Positions 24,401 through 39,900 of a DNA stretch of 64,000 nucleotides are shown piece by piece. The stretch spans positions 5,582,001 to 5,646,000 of the forward strand of contig NC_087251.1 of assembly GCF_037042905.1 (NCBI RefSeq), written 5' to 3'. Below the pieces are notes generated by a model. It was not told the DNA's origin and ran no database searches. It worked only from the letters and a program-made list of their open reading frames with translations. How positions within the stretch are numbered: the stretch's first letter is position 1; each line of letters opens with the position of its first letter. The position numbers and the translations under genes were made by a program. Source of the DNA: Lytechinus pictus. Taxonomy: Eukaryota.

Positions 24401-26648
24401 AGAAACCGGACTCCCTTTGGAAAGTTAGTTGGTACTCAATATGGTCATTGGGGTAGGGACAACAAAGGTACTTGATACTTCGATTGGTTGCCGTGAAGTC
24501 GACCAAAGACCAGATACCATTCTTGACATAGCGAGCTTGGGAGGCATCTACGTCATCCTTGGCGAAGAAGCGCATCTGTTGTTAAAGGGGTGACAAAGAA
24601 CAATAAATTATATAATCGGAGAATACGTGTGTTTAACGTTCACTTATAACTGTCCATATATTAAGTTACATAAAGTAACACTTAACAAAAATATGTTGAT
24701 AAGACCAGTAGGTCATTTTGCCTTAACATCATGCAAATCCAAGGAGTGGAACTGTATCCTTTTTTCTATTCTCGAATGGGCGAGCCAACCATATCCTAGA
24801 TACTTTATATATTCAGCTATTGTTGTTATTTTTATTATTATTATTATCATCATCATCATTATTATTTTTATTATCATCATTGTTATTATCATTATTATTA
24901 TTATAATCATTATCATTATTATTTATTATTATCATTATTATTATTATTACTATCATCATCATTATTTTTATTATCATCATTGTTATTATCATCATTATTA
25001 TAATTATTATCATTATTATTAATCATTATCATTATTATTATTATTATTACTTATTTTCACCAAAATGTATCATTTTTACTGTTCTACTCACTACAATTTT
25101 TTTTTTACATTTTCTGATGTTTCCCTTTAAAGCGGCAATGGCTGTGGTGTTTATCGTTTTAGTTGAACTTCGATGATTTGAATATTGTCAGACATATTGA
25201 TAGTGAATATCTTTACTACTAAAAGACAAAGTTTATCGATAAAAAAGCCACAAAATATATTCATAAAAGTCGATAGGCGCCTTGTCAAGGATTGCCCGTT
25301 CCACGCTTCACCCGAGAATGCGATAGTCTCTCCAACTATTTGTTTTATTCGTTCATTCTTATACATATTAGATGATCTAGACCTTCCGTTGAAATCAATC
25401 ATCAGCCTTTTGTCAGAGATATCTTCAATTATTCAGGCTGCAACTGTGATAAACATCTCCATAGACCTTGATCTTCCTCCTATTATAACCAAGAAAGATA
25501 TGAACTAATCTATAATCGTTTGATATTTATGGCCTACCAGTTATCAAAATTGAAAAATCAATAATTAATAGCCATTTATTTTGTGTTCCAGTGAACCGAT
25601 TTCATTGGATGGTTTTCTAACGAAAACAATTTTGCTTACTAAAATGTAGTACGATTTTTGTTAGAGTGTTATTTAATTTTCAAACGATCTTTTCGAAATA
25701 AGAAGAACGGGTATTATTCGTTTTTTTTTTTTTTTCAAATCACCAGTGATTTTTATCACAAGAAGACAAAAAAGTCAAACGTAACGGTTGAATGCTGATT
25801 TTTTTTTCAGGACTCGTACCTTACTTTCATCGAGCGTCCAGGGATAAAATGTTAAGACACACTTCTGGACATCAAATGGATAATATTGTATGTTCATCTT
25901 ACAAGCACTGGTAGTAATTGCTGGAAATAGCCAATCCATTGCCCCCGTGTATTGGACTATAACATAGGTCTCAGCTTCTGGTAGGCTGATGAAATTACGA
26001 TCAATGCTGTATAAAAAAAAAAGTGAAATTGATTCCTGTGATTTATAGTCACACCGCATTACAGCCGTGAAACCCATGGCCCTGGGAAGCGGGAATGCAG
26101 AGTGTATGCAGCACCCCCTGGAAATCTGGTAGGTGTGCTAAAATGAACGACATTTTGTAGGAAAACCCATTTTGTTATATTTATATCAGCGTATACTCCA
26201 CCCTAACTTAATTATTAATACTACTGACGAAAGAAGTTTTTGATACGGAATGGTGTGACAGAATGTTAGACCTTCATGTCGAATATTGCGTGTAAATTGA
26301 CTGGAAAATGAGAATGATACCATTGAGAACAAAAGATGCCAGGGATTCGGTTATTTCGTCCATCTTAAACCCTTTTTCATCTCAAATCATCTACTTTTTT
26401 CCGCGTTGCATCCCCCCTTTCCTATCCTGTATGCACGCGGATCATAGTTCTATACAAAATTAATATAATATTTAAAAGCGTTGTTGAGAAATGAGAAGAA
26501 ATCATTATAACCTGCACAAACGAAAACTAGTTAAATCGATTTTTAAAAAATAACGAATGTGGTATACCTTACTAATTTGCCTATAAATTGTAAACAATCA
26601 ATGGAAAGGCATGTATAAATCAAAGGGCTGCATTGATAATTCTACAGT

Positions 26649-26695
<47 letters not shown>

Positions 26696-29600
26696 GACTT
26701 GCCATACATGTATTTTATTTATTGTTTTGCATAATATATTTGACATTGTCGTATGTATAAATTTCATGTCATTCGATTTACATTATTAATGTAATTATTT
26801 CAAACAAATAATAATTAGGCCGATGATCTTTCAAACGATAACGACATAGAATGATATATTGTTGATGATCATACATAATGTTGATAAGAATTGTGTTTAT
26901 CATGATAGTGATAATAATAATAATAATGATAATAACGATAATAATGAAACATAATAATTATATCAACAACAAAAATGACAATAATAATAAGGGTAATTAT
27001 GATAACAATATTTAAAATCATGACAATGGCAATCATATGGATTATAAGATGATATGATGACAGTATAAAGTGATGACGACGAAAATGATTATTCTGATAA
27101 TAACTACATGTATAATGATAATAATTATAATGATTAGGATAACGATTATGATAACTTAAGGGGGAATTTTATTGTTAATTACCATTATTAACAAGACTTG
27201 ATGGTGGTGGTGGTGATCAGATAATGATCACAATGATGATGATGAGGAGGAGGATGAGGATGGTGATGATGAGGATGATTTATGATGGTGATGATGATGA
27301 TGATGAACATGATGGTGATGATGATGGTGATAATGGTGATGATGGTGATGATGATGGTGATGATAGTGATAATGGTGATGATGATGATAGTGATAATGGT
27401 GATGATGATGATGAGGTGGATGATGAGGATGATGGCGATGATGATGATGCTGATGATTGTGATGATGATGGTGATGATTATGATGATGAGGATGATGGTG
27501 ATGATGATGATGATAATGATGGACAGTGTTTGTGTGTGTAAAAAGAAACGAAATACATACTCTTCATCTAAGACGACATCAGGTCTCCATACTTGATGCA
27601 TTTTAAGTGTCAGATTGTAAATACCACCATTCTCCTCTGGATCCCATTGGAGATACTCATCAACCCATTGCTGTTACCATAGAAACGACAAAATTGAATT
27701 GAATTATCTACCCGTTGTGTACGCAGCAATACATCACTAGAAGAAGAAGATCCACAATATATTTCCTTTCCATGCAAGTATGAAAATTATTTTCCGTTTT
27801 AATGATGTTCAACAGTTGAATAAGCTAAAATCAAAATCAACTCTAAGAAACAAACAAACTTACCAGCCTCATATTGGTACGAATGGTAATAAGTTGCATA
27901 GTTTCGTCCTACAGGGATAGAGGGAAAGAAGTTTGAAACATGATGTGTATGTGAAACAAACAGTATGGCAACGGGTATTTGGTGTAATAGAGGAAACAAA
28001 TAAAAGATTGAGAGCTGGGGACGAAAAAAGGCGTTAACAGTTTCTGAAATGAGGCTTGACTGAGCCAGAGATAATGTGGGAATTTAAGCCTTTTGCCATT
28101 TAAGTACAACACATGTGTTTACATGTTAAAGAGATAATGGATATAATCTTGCTGCCCAATTTTGTAGCTGTTGAATACGAATTCCTGGATTAGTGATGGA
28201 ATATTGTAGAAAGAAGCCCATTGCGTTAATCAAATCGGGATAGAACTTATGAACATGATGAATGAAGAACATTGTAACAGGCAGACTGGTCAATGAACCT
28301 TCTGATTCTATATAGAATGTTCCTTAGCTGTGATACAGATATAAGAGATATGATGCGACATTGACATGTGGGGGTAAAACTGCATATTCATGACGGTGTG
28401 CATGTAACTATTTCAGAAAATATTGTTTTAAACTTTAAAATTCTACAAGTTCTTTACTTGTTGTCGGACTTTGAGGAATATTTTCAGCATGTTGATTAGT
28501 GAATTTTAATCTATTTATTTAAATATGATTATGTGCCCCTTTAATTACGTTTTGGGTATTTTTCAAACTCAAAGAACTCATAGCACCAACAATGTCACCA
28601 TAATGAATACAGTATTTGAGAAATGACAGTGCGACTTCAGACAAAAGAGAAATGTCATTGCAGAATTGTATTTTAGTTTGCTGTCCAGACAATATATTCA
28701 TATTCCACAAGCAAAGATTCAAAATGAAAGTTTGTCCTTGTCTGAAACCCAGTGTCTAAATACTGTGTAAGATGCGCCATGTTGTATGATCTTTACCGAT
28801 ATAAATGGGAGGGTTTAGTTTACCCAACAATTATGTTCATTTTAAACACAATATTACGATACAATTCATACACTGCATTTACTACACCATACTTATGATA
28901 TACATGTATATATGTGGTTATCACCAACAATTTTTTTCCACTTTTTATTCTCAATGCTATCCATCCTCTAATTAATCGTCATTGCGTTGAATAATCAAAG
29001 GCCTTGGCAGATATGCCATTAGCATCATTTTAATCCTTCTTCCACTTTTAATTGACTACGAACAATAATTCATTCTCGCTTGATGGAAGTCCATGGAATT
29101 CGTTTATGATACTCATCAATGGTGATGATGTGAGGCAAGAAAGTTCATCCGGATGCTTGGTAATTTTGGTAGAAATAATTCTTACCGTATTATATTAATT
29201 GTCAGGATTGACATGTGTGTCATAAATAATTTATGCATATTGCAGATTAAAATTAACTTTGAAAAGATTTCACTTCGAGATCTCTTTTTTTTTCAGGCCA
29301 AAACTGTATGTATCTCATGGACACAACATTCAACATTTTTTACCTAAGATATTTGGATTGAAAAATATATAGTTTAGATTCTACATTCGACTGCAAAAAA
29401 ATATTTTATTATTGTGCTTCTTCACTTCATTTATTCCAATAAACTTGATTATTCAGATGCATCGACCTTTCAATACATACATACATACATACATCTCGCC
29501 AACGAAACCGTCACTACACCAAACGATCATGTACGTCATTCCATATAGTTCATTTTTAATTTATTGAATATACACCTTCATATCTGTGGCACACACAGTA

Positions 29601-32600
29601 CAACATGTGGTGCGTTCACATCAATATAAAAGTAATAAAACAAAATGAAAATGAAAAGCGATAAAGCAAAATATAAAGTCAGGTAAAACAAAATATAGAG
29701 TCAAGTAAAACAAAACGAATATAAGAAGTCAAGTAAGAAAACATCTCTCAAGGCAAACATAAAGATACTAAACATATGCAATGGCGGCCCGAAACTTTGC
29801 AAGACTATAACGAAAATACCAAGCTGACATTATTAAATAACATAATAGGGTCAGTTCTATGATGTGATTGTAAATTCTGAAATATATACTATTTATTTTT
29901 TGTTTCACTAGATTACATGAATTACAGAAAACGGAAAATGCCTTAGGGGAAGGTGGGGTAAGTTGTGACACTTTTTGCATTTGCATGTTAGAATTGATAT
30001 GACTAATAATCTTGTAGAAATAAGTACATTGCCTTTAAATTTAATTATTGGGAAATATTTTTCACCTATATATAACTTTCAACACCCACACTGAATGTCA
30101 TTATCACCTTTGAAAAAAACAAAACGATGTCAAATGGCTCAACTTGCCCCATCTGTGGGGTAAGTTGTGCCACCTTGGGGGAAGTTGAGCCACAAAAACT
30201 ATGTACAAAATGTATGCGGGAAGAACCAGCATGTCAATTTCTTTATTTAAAGTCTTTTCTCTTGCTAATTCGCTATAAATACTAACATCCTTTTAAAGTA
30301 AAAGAGCTGATATGTGAATTTGCTCCTTTTTGCCTGCATATCAATGGCTTTTTAAGGTTTTCTTTTTTTATTATACATTACCATAAGAATTACTATGGCT
30401 CAACTTGCCCCATGTTGGCTGGCTCAAATTACCCCAGTCCAAACTTAATACGATATTTTCACATCCACACATTTCTTATGCATCCATCATGTAAAAGACT
30501 ATGACAAGAATGAGAATCCATACCTGGACTAACAATATTGTTCTTATATCTTTATTATATTTAAAGACGTGTGTGGTTAAAACGCCCTAATCTATTTCAC
30601 ACTTTTTTTTTTACTTTTTGGCCGAAATTTGTATTTTTTCTCTAAAATAGTACTTTTTGCTTCAAAGTTGAAAACGATGTGGTGGGTTAAAGGGTTATGT
30701 AATGGGTCATCAATTCATGACACCACCACAATGTCCGACTCATTTATTATTGGCCTGGGGTGGTGGCTCAACTTACCCCTATGCTAAACTTACCCCGCCT
30801 TCCCCTACTATATTGAATAGATGTCATAATCTGACCATTGACTTGGGTCCTACATGGGTGATATCTGGAACTGTCTGGAAACCTGGATTTTTTTTTCATT
30901 ACAAAGATCATGTTGTATTTAATTCACTAATATTCATTACATTCTTTTTGTATTTTCCAATCCTTCACACTTCAGGATTGCAATACTTTTTACTCAGTGA
31001 ATGGGTTGACAACTGTCACTTCATACCCTTTATACCCCGTTTAGATCTGCCAAAAGTCTTGAGAGTCTTCGGAGATTACCGCAGGTTGTTCTAGACGTGT
31101 CGATAGATCTAATACCCCGTATATAGATATGTCTCTCTCTCTCTGGTGTCACACAAGACAATCGTCTGGAACGAACACTGCATGAAATTCCTTTCGTACA
31201 AACGTCTGTGGTAATCGCGAGATGCGATGTGCTCGTACCTATTCCAGTGAGGGGAAAACGCGTGCTCAATTCTGAAACATTTCTATTTTTTCTCCTTGTT
31301 TAATATTTCCATCTACTATTAGTTCTTATGTATATTTTGTTCTCTCCTTCTGCTTTCTTCTTTATGATTTCTTATGTATTTCTACAATAGTTTTAATTCT
31401 TCCTCTCTTTTCTATCAAACCTTATGTATTTATTTTTTTCAATTCTTCTCTTTTCGTCAATCAATTATGTATTTAATTGTTTTGGGTTTTCTATCATATT
31501 TCCTTCTATCATTTCTTTTGTATATCTTCTTTCAATTCTTGTGTATTTCTATGTTTTAATTTCTTGCATATTTTTCTATCAATTATTAGATAAAACTATG
31601 TTTTAACTCTTCCTTTATCTTTTCTTCATCAATTATTATGTATTTCTTTGTTTTAATTTTCTTTCATCTTTTCTTCTATCAATTCTCATGTATTTCTTTA
31701 TTTCAATTTTTCTTTCATCTTTTCTTCTATTGATTTTTTTATGTATTCCTTTGTTTTATTTTTCTTTCATCATATTTTCTTCTATCAATTCTTATGTATT
31801 TTCTTGTTTTAATTCTTTCATCATTTATTCTAATGTATCATATACGAGTCGTTAGATCTAAACGGTCTCGGCACAAAGCACGAATATGCGGTAATCGAGA
31901 GGGAAAATACACTCTAGACAGTCTAGCACAATCGCGAGATTACACGGCGAGATCCACTGTTGGACTGTAGATCTAAACGGTCGCGGCGTAAACTCGGCAT
32001 AGAAAACGGAAGTCCTTTACACTTTAAGAAATACTGAGTAAAATTTTAAGTATAGCGCGAGGGTAGTTATGTGTCAAACCAATTTGGGGGAGTATTTTAT
32101 CCAATGCGGGAAGCATATTGTCCAGTAAGATTAAAAAAATAAGCAGCAATTACTTTAGAATGGGCAAAATTTTCATCACACTGGATAAATAAAAATGCCC
32201 AAAAGAAATGCCCAATGTTGGTTGGACACAGTATTACCCTCATGGAGCATTTTTACTCGATATTTTTTAGAGTGTACCCCTTTACCTGAGAGCATGACCT
32301 CTGTGCAGCGCGCGCTTTCTCCCTTGATTGACATTTTGCCATGACAACGCAATTCGCAAGTCCAAAAGGAGACGATATCCCTCGCGATTACTGCAGATGA
32401 TCTGCCGTGTTCGCTCCAGTCGAATGTCTAGTGTGGCATGAGAGAGAGATAAGGTAATATTTACCTCTCGATTACCTCAGATTCGTGGTTTTTGCCGAGA
32501 CCGTTAAGATCTATAGTGGGCATAGGACGACCTGTTGTAGCCGAATAGGTTACCTCTCGTTTGGTGGTACATGTAGATCTAAACAGGGTATGAACCATGC

Positions 32601-33875
32601 AGAATACCACCCGATAACGGGTTACTGTTAATAACATACCATGGCATCTAAGTGGGCATTAAATTTATTCATCTATACTTTGGATTATTTTTTAAAATTC
32701 AGGAATTGTGTAGGGGGGGTAATCACAGGATATATATACTGTATCTCATTACATATAATGTAACATCAACGCCATTGTGTTGAATATGTCTAATTGGCGC
32801 CTTGCTATACGCTTACTGCCAAATAAAAAAAATGAATTACATCCAAATCCCCTGCGACATTATGCCTCATCACATTAAATTACCTCAATGCTAGTTTATG
32901 AGTGGATTTGTGAAAATTATTAGGACACTAACCCGACCATCTAATATGCTTGAAGTTGTATCTTTTCTTAATCAAGAACACGACTTTATGAAGTGCTCTT
33001 CGTGTGAGCGGGTCCATCATTGGATCTTTCAGAGTCTCTCACGATATCAAATTCAATGAAATATCAGTTAATAACACTGTACTTTAACTTAACCACGTCA
33101 AATGTTTCATGTTTGAGGTTACACGACATTTCTCTGGCGACAATTGCTCCGGTCTTAACTTTTTCTAAGATATATAAGTTTAGGGTTAGGGTTGCAATAG
33201 GGTTTTATATTAGGCTTGGGGTATAGTGTTAAAACCAGGGTTGAAGTTGGTAATTCCGTTAGTGCGTGGAATTAAGAGCGGAGCAAAATGTCATGGAACT
33301 GCGTCTGAGAGTGTCGTTCACACGATGGCCCTTAACTTCGAATTCAAGGTTCCTCGTGTGAACAAGTCTTAAGTTACAACATAAATTTTTGTGCAACAAG
33401 CCCAATATGAACTTACCAGTTTGACGAGTTCATAAAGAAGCATTCTGAAGAATACCTCGACAGGTTTGGTGTGATTTTTGACAGGTCTAACCGACGTATC
33501 CCCATAGTTGGACAAGAGCCTGGAAACAAGTTCTTTCTCTGTCGTTGTCGTGTTTGGTGATGAGCAGTCGGTCCTATCGGATGCCTGGACTACAAAAATC
33601 AATAAAATAATAATCTAAAGAATCTACGACATTGATATCATTGCAGTCACAGCAGAGTCAGTTCAATTCAATTATTTTTTCAAGCATTGTTATCATTAAT
33701 AGTACTAGTAGAAGTAGTAACAGTAGTAGTAGAAAGGAAGAAGAAGTAGCAGTAGCAGCAGTAGTAGTAGTAGTAGTAGTGGTAGTAGTAGCAGTAGTAG
33801 TAGTATAGTAGCAGTAGTAGTAGTAGTAATAATAGTCGTAGTAATAGTAGTAGTAGTAATAATAGTAGTAGTAGC

Positions 33876-33954
<79 letters not shown>

Positions 33955-36900
33955 ATAGTAGTAGTAGTAGTAGTAGTAATATTTCTTAAAACTGTCAGAT
34001 AGTTCATGTTCAAGAGTTGTCAATTCAATTTCTGTCCAAAAATGTCCTTTCCGAAAAATTGAATAATTGGAGTACTATGTAATTAAAAGATTGAACCCTT
34101 GTTAGAAATTTGGAAAAAAAAATGATAATTTGGTAATTTCATGCATCACTTGTTGTTACTTGTTTACAGCACACAGAGAGAAATCGAGGAAAACCAAGCA
34201 GTGAGAAAGATGCGTATACTTTATTGTTAAACAACTATTTACGATAATTATCTTTTTACAGAAAGCTCGTAAGCTTATTACTTTCATGGCCTTTCTTATG
34301 TTTCAAATCATTTACATTATCTTTGAATTCACGAATTTGTTCTTTTTAATGCTTGTCGGTTGCTGGAATATTTCCCGCCAGAGTCAATAAAATGATCATT
34401 AAACACCGTTGTGGAGTTACCCTGAGCTACCGTGTATCTATGTTTTTAAAACATCAACATCTATAAGGTACAAAACCAGGTACTAAACGGTGTGTTTTCA
34501 TATTTACAAAATTTCATGACATTCAAGGAGTTACAGACAACAAATCTTTTAACAAAATAATGCTATCTAGAGCTTTCGCTCTACTTCACGACTCTGATAG
34601 TATTGGTCACCAAAGCACAGTAAATTTTTATTCAAGACATGATTATCCATTACCTTTCACACATAAGTAAGATAATTCAAAGCTGACTACTGACAGGTTA
34701 AAGCCCGGGGGGGGGGCCACTTACATTGACGAGTGGATACCATGCGCGACCAAAAAAACACGTAAAAAGGGATGTCTTTTTCAAGATAGGGCACGTTACG
34801 TACGTAACGTGATAAGGGTGTCAAAAACACATAAATATTGAAAAAAGGGTATCTATTTCGCTCGGAAAATATACGTGTTTAGAGTCAAATATGCGGGGAT
34901 GATAAAACAAAATCAAAATGTTGTATAAAGGATGTCCTTTTTGCCCCAACACTACGTGTTTAGAGTCCGATTTTCGCGAGGTGTGATAGGTGCATGGGGC
35001 CCTACTAAACCAAAATAATGGTGTGTAAAGGTAAAACCGACGACCGACGGACCCGTAACCTAACAATAAAATATCGCTGTACTTGTTTAGGGGCTCAATT
35101 CTGGGAATACTTGCCAATAGTATTTGTTTCCAATACTTGTTAAGGGTAGGGTTTCACACGCCAATACTTGTTAAAGATCCAGACCGGACCCGAAAATGAA
35201 ATTGATAAATTATATACCAATCGAAAGCTTATAAGCTACTAAATACACCAAGGTATGCTTTATGCATTTTCACCGCTTCCCAGCTGAGTATTTTCCTTAA
35301 GAATATTCCAATTATCGGGTTTCGAACCCCGCTTAGAAAATAGGCTTTATTGTGCTTTTCACCTGCCTCGAGACCATGACATCACGTTGTGTAAGAAGCG
35401 TCGTGATTCCATAGGTTTGTACACAAAAAAACTGGGTGATTTTTTTGCTTTCCAGATAACGCATTTCATTCTCTTCACTTCTATCACAGAGGGATATCAC
35501 ATATATTTTTACCCACACGCTTGAATTTATGAAATCTGCAGTTTTGAACTAGTTTTTGCCATATTTTATTTTCTGCTTATTTGGCGCAGATTTCAATTCT
35601 ATCTGCATTTAGATTATGTATAACAACTTTTCCTGACATAGCAATTTAGGCCCAATAAGAGCCAAACAAAGAAATCACAAAAAAGGTAGTGAATAGTTGT
35701 AGGTTTACAACAATTTGAACAGTGAATAATTTTGAGTGCCATTTTCATCTGAAAACGAAAAAAAAAATGGATTCATAACATGGAAATGGAAGAAAATACC
35801 CAATGCTTTTGTACACAAACCTATGGAATCACAACCCTCCTGACACAACGTGACGTCATCATTTCCAGGCGACGTGGGGGTGCTCAATCGAAGCGTACTT
35901 TGGAGGAGCAGTTTCTTTGATTTTATTTAATATTTTTAACTATTGGAAGGAGATATATGTAATATTTTTGGTATATTCGTATTGTATGAATCATTACCTT
36001 TATTTTGATATATGATTGTTTTTACACCGGTCAGGGTCTTTAAGGGGGGCATTTTCAGAATATAGAAAATACGTGTTTAGGGTGCTTTTCAAGACCCCGT
36101 GGTCGCGCATGGTATCCACTCGTCAATGGAAGTGCCCCCCCCCCCCCGGGGGATAAAGATCTAAACTAATCAGATTTCTTCGTACCTGCAGATCGCATGT
36201 TCGAATCTGCAACCCCTTTTACACCTTCAAGGATGCAACGTGGATCATCACGGATCTCAGTCATTGTTAATCCGGGGTGTCAAATTTGTATTTTTATATT
36301 GTCGGAGTAAATACGGATTTAACTGGGCAATTACACGGAAATTTAAGGAAAAGTACGGCTTCAAGGATAGACAAGGTAGCACTAGGGATCTGCTTGATAA
36401 GCTACCGGGAGTCAACACGGAATACACGGATGTTACTGGGTCCTTACACGGACCTTCACGGCGGCTTACGGTCTATTACTGGGATATCTCTACAGCATTG
36501 GGCAAGATTTAAGTTTCTTTTCTACGTCTGAAGCGTACACATACATGGCCATGAACACGGACTATTGTTCAAATATGCAAACAATTGAAACAAATTAGAC
36601 CCCGGATAAAGGCGGTATATCAACAAGGATCTCCCGGTTCTTATAGGGAGCTTCCCGGATTCATTCGGTATATAGCTACACAGATGAACAAGGTGGCTAC
36701 ACAGATTGACACGGAGGATTATTATCCGTCCGTGTACTCCGGAAGGAAAAATTAAACGTGTTCGATTTTTTTATCGATGCCGTATAGGCCCTAGTATTCT
36801 TCACGGTCTCCCTCTAACCTCTCTGTAATTTTAATTTGTCTAAAAATTATAGCTGATGGAAATTTAATTCATAGAAATGATATATATTCCTTTGTTTTAA

Positions 36901-39900
36901 TAAAACAAAATACTATTTAAATATTTGCATCTTCAATTAATTTCATCGCATATTACTTCTCTCACAGATCACCTTCCTCATTTCATTTCTTTTTTTCCCT
37001 TATTTTTATTTCATTACACTTTCATCTATTCTCACATTTTTGTTCTATTTAATGCATTATTTTGTCTTTGATGTATTATAAAATCTTGGGACCAGGCCAC
37101 TAATAAAACTTCAGAATGTCCGGCCATGATCCTGAATTACATGCAATAATATTATGTATCTGTGGAGAGAAAAAGAAAACACAGCTCGGTTAATATCTGA
37201 ATAAAATCATGATTGAGATAATTATTTATGAAACATGTATTCTTGACAATCGATTGATATATTACTAAAATATATAACTAGAATAAAGTAATCAAATCTA
37301 CTGCAGAGTTTGTTTTATTATTCATCATTTTCCTTGGAATGCCGTGACCAGTTTCATCCACTGACTCGCGGACGTACACCCGCAGTCCGTGCACACAAGC
37401 GCACTTTGCACAGTCACATCCGCACAGCTCAGAATACGCTCAGATATTGCGCGTGTTTACACTTGATCGGCTTTTGGTTCAAAACCAAAAGCCGATGCAG
37501 AATCGGCTTTTGGTTTGCGTTTACACGTTGTTACAGCTCGCGGTTCAGAACCGCGAGCCGATGCAAAAACCTGAAATGATACGCACACCAACAATGTACG
37601 TCATAATAAAGACAACGCTGGATCAGTGCTCTTACAATTACGTCACAATGGTAAAGTAAATGAAATGCGCACAAATTGCCGATGCAGATTCGGCTTTCTG
37701 TTTACACGTAATAAAAAAGCCGATTCTGCATCGGCTCGCGGTTCTGAACCTACTACTTTGGTGGTGCAAATTGCCGGTTCTGAACCGCGAGCCGATGCAA
37801 GTTACTCGCGTTTACACGTACGCTATGAAAAAGCCGATGCTGCATCGGCTCGCGGTTCAGAACCGCTAGCCGATTAAGTGTAAACACGGTATTGCACTTG
37901 TCTTCATAAAATCTGTGATAATTCTTGCAGCTATAGACAGCTCATCTATCTCCGCAACCCATAATTAAGAAGAAAAGTGATGTTAGTTTCTGAAACAAAT
38001 ATGGCGAGCCGTTTACTTGAAGAAAGCAAACAGTTGGCTGCGGGCGTCGATCGTATTTTGATACACTATGGAAATCGTACACTTTATTGTCGGCTGCTTG
38101 CGTTCGCATGGTCGCATCCGGACAATAGCGGCGCTATTGCTCCCTTTTCAATCCCATGATCCTTGGCGTGAATCTATTTGCGATAAGGTCTATAACGCCG
38201 GATGAGTAGCCGGAATGTGCACAGTAATCTCAGACTGTACATGGATGACCCCCGGATTGACAATCCGGGATGATCCGTGCAGAGACTCCACTGAACACCA
38301 AGCACCTTCTGATCTGGAGATTCTCCCGCCTGGATCCCCAAGCGAACTTGAGACTTCAACTGCGCGAAGCGCACATCACGAGCGCGAAGTCCCTTGCGGC
38401 CGGGGTGTAGGGCCCACTGAAGGGTCCTATAGAAGATCTAGGGTCCTAGATGCTCTACCGTGCTATCTCAGGCTAATTTTCAATATATGATGGCTCTAAG
38501 TAAATAACAATTCAGTGAATCAAATCATACATTTTGGTTTTATAAATCTTTTCATATATCATTATTCATGCATGCATATGAAATTGATAAGCATCTACAA
38601 AACCATACATATTTGCGATATCTTTATTCGTATCAACCAGTAAAAACATGATAAATACTACCTCACCTTAAACTGACATTTCCATATTCTTGTCTCATCT
38701 GGGGGCCTGTTTTTTTTTAGGACTTGCACGTACTTTTGCCACAATGGCAACTACCATGGTATAAGGGCTCATCAGCCAATCATAATCAAGGTTTCCATGG
38801 TAGTTGCCATAATCATGATAATGGCGAAGTTACAACAGTTGCAAGTCCTTTATAAACCGGGCCCCTGATGATGATCTCCGGAGTATGATTGCTTAAAGTT
38901 GGTTATCAGCAATTTTACTGCTTCTCTAAATATTTCACATGGTATTCCATGGAACCAAAATGAAGGAATTTCCTCACTTTTTACATTCTAATATTATAGT
39001 CATCAATTCGTGTCATGTCATGTCATATCAATTCTTTGGTACATGATGCTATCTAGATAGCTTCACCCGCTAAATTAACGAGATTGCGCACAGCTTTGAC
39101 GCTCTACCGTGTTTACACTTAATCGGCTTTTGGTTCATCTTGCACTGCGTTTACACGTTACATCGGCTCGCGGTTCAGAACCGGCTTTTGGGGCAAAAAC
39201 CTGAAATGATCCGCGCACCAACAATATACGTCATAATAAAGACAACGCTGGATCCGTGCGCTTACAATTACGTCACAATGGTAAAGTAAATGAAATACGC
39301 GCCAATTGCCGATGCAGATTCGGCTTTCTGTTAACACGTAGTAAAAAAGGCCGATTCTTCTGCATCGGCTCGCGGTTCTTAAGCTGCTACTTTGGTGGTG
39401 CAAATTGCCGGTTCTGAACCGCGAGCCGATGCAAGTTAATCGCATTTACACGCTATGAAAAAGCCGATGCTGCATCGGCTCGCGGTTAAGATTTTACTGT
39501 CTTTTCGTAACAATACTATCAAAGTCGTGTATTCCAGCGAAAACTCGAATTTTAAAAAGTATTTCATGAGAGGAAGATTTTCATTTGAACCGAAAATAGG
39601 GTATAGAGAACATCTTATGGAGAAAACCAAATTTCTTCTGCGAAAAATGAAACAACATTTTGCCATTCTTGAATGCACCAAGCTGCAATAAAGAATTGTG
39701 TCTAAATGAGTTAGAACACATATACCCCCCATAAAAGAACCTTTTTTGCTCGATCAACAAATGCTATTTTAAATCAAATTTGTTTTCTCTTAATAAACTG
39801 TTATATGCCTAAGGCACAAATAAATGTGTATCCAACCATGTACATAATTTTATATAGAAGAAACTTTTGTGAAATTCATGCAGAATAAAATTTCCTTGAT

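Noticed and set aside
33175..33245. TTAGGG telomere-like repeats
   Set aside because: Only about two perfect units, inside a small inverted-repeat element; not an interstitial telomere array.
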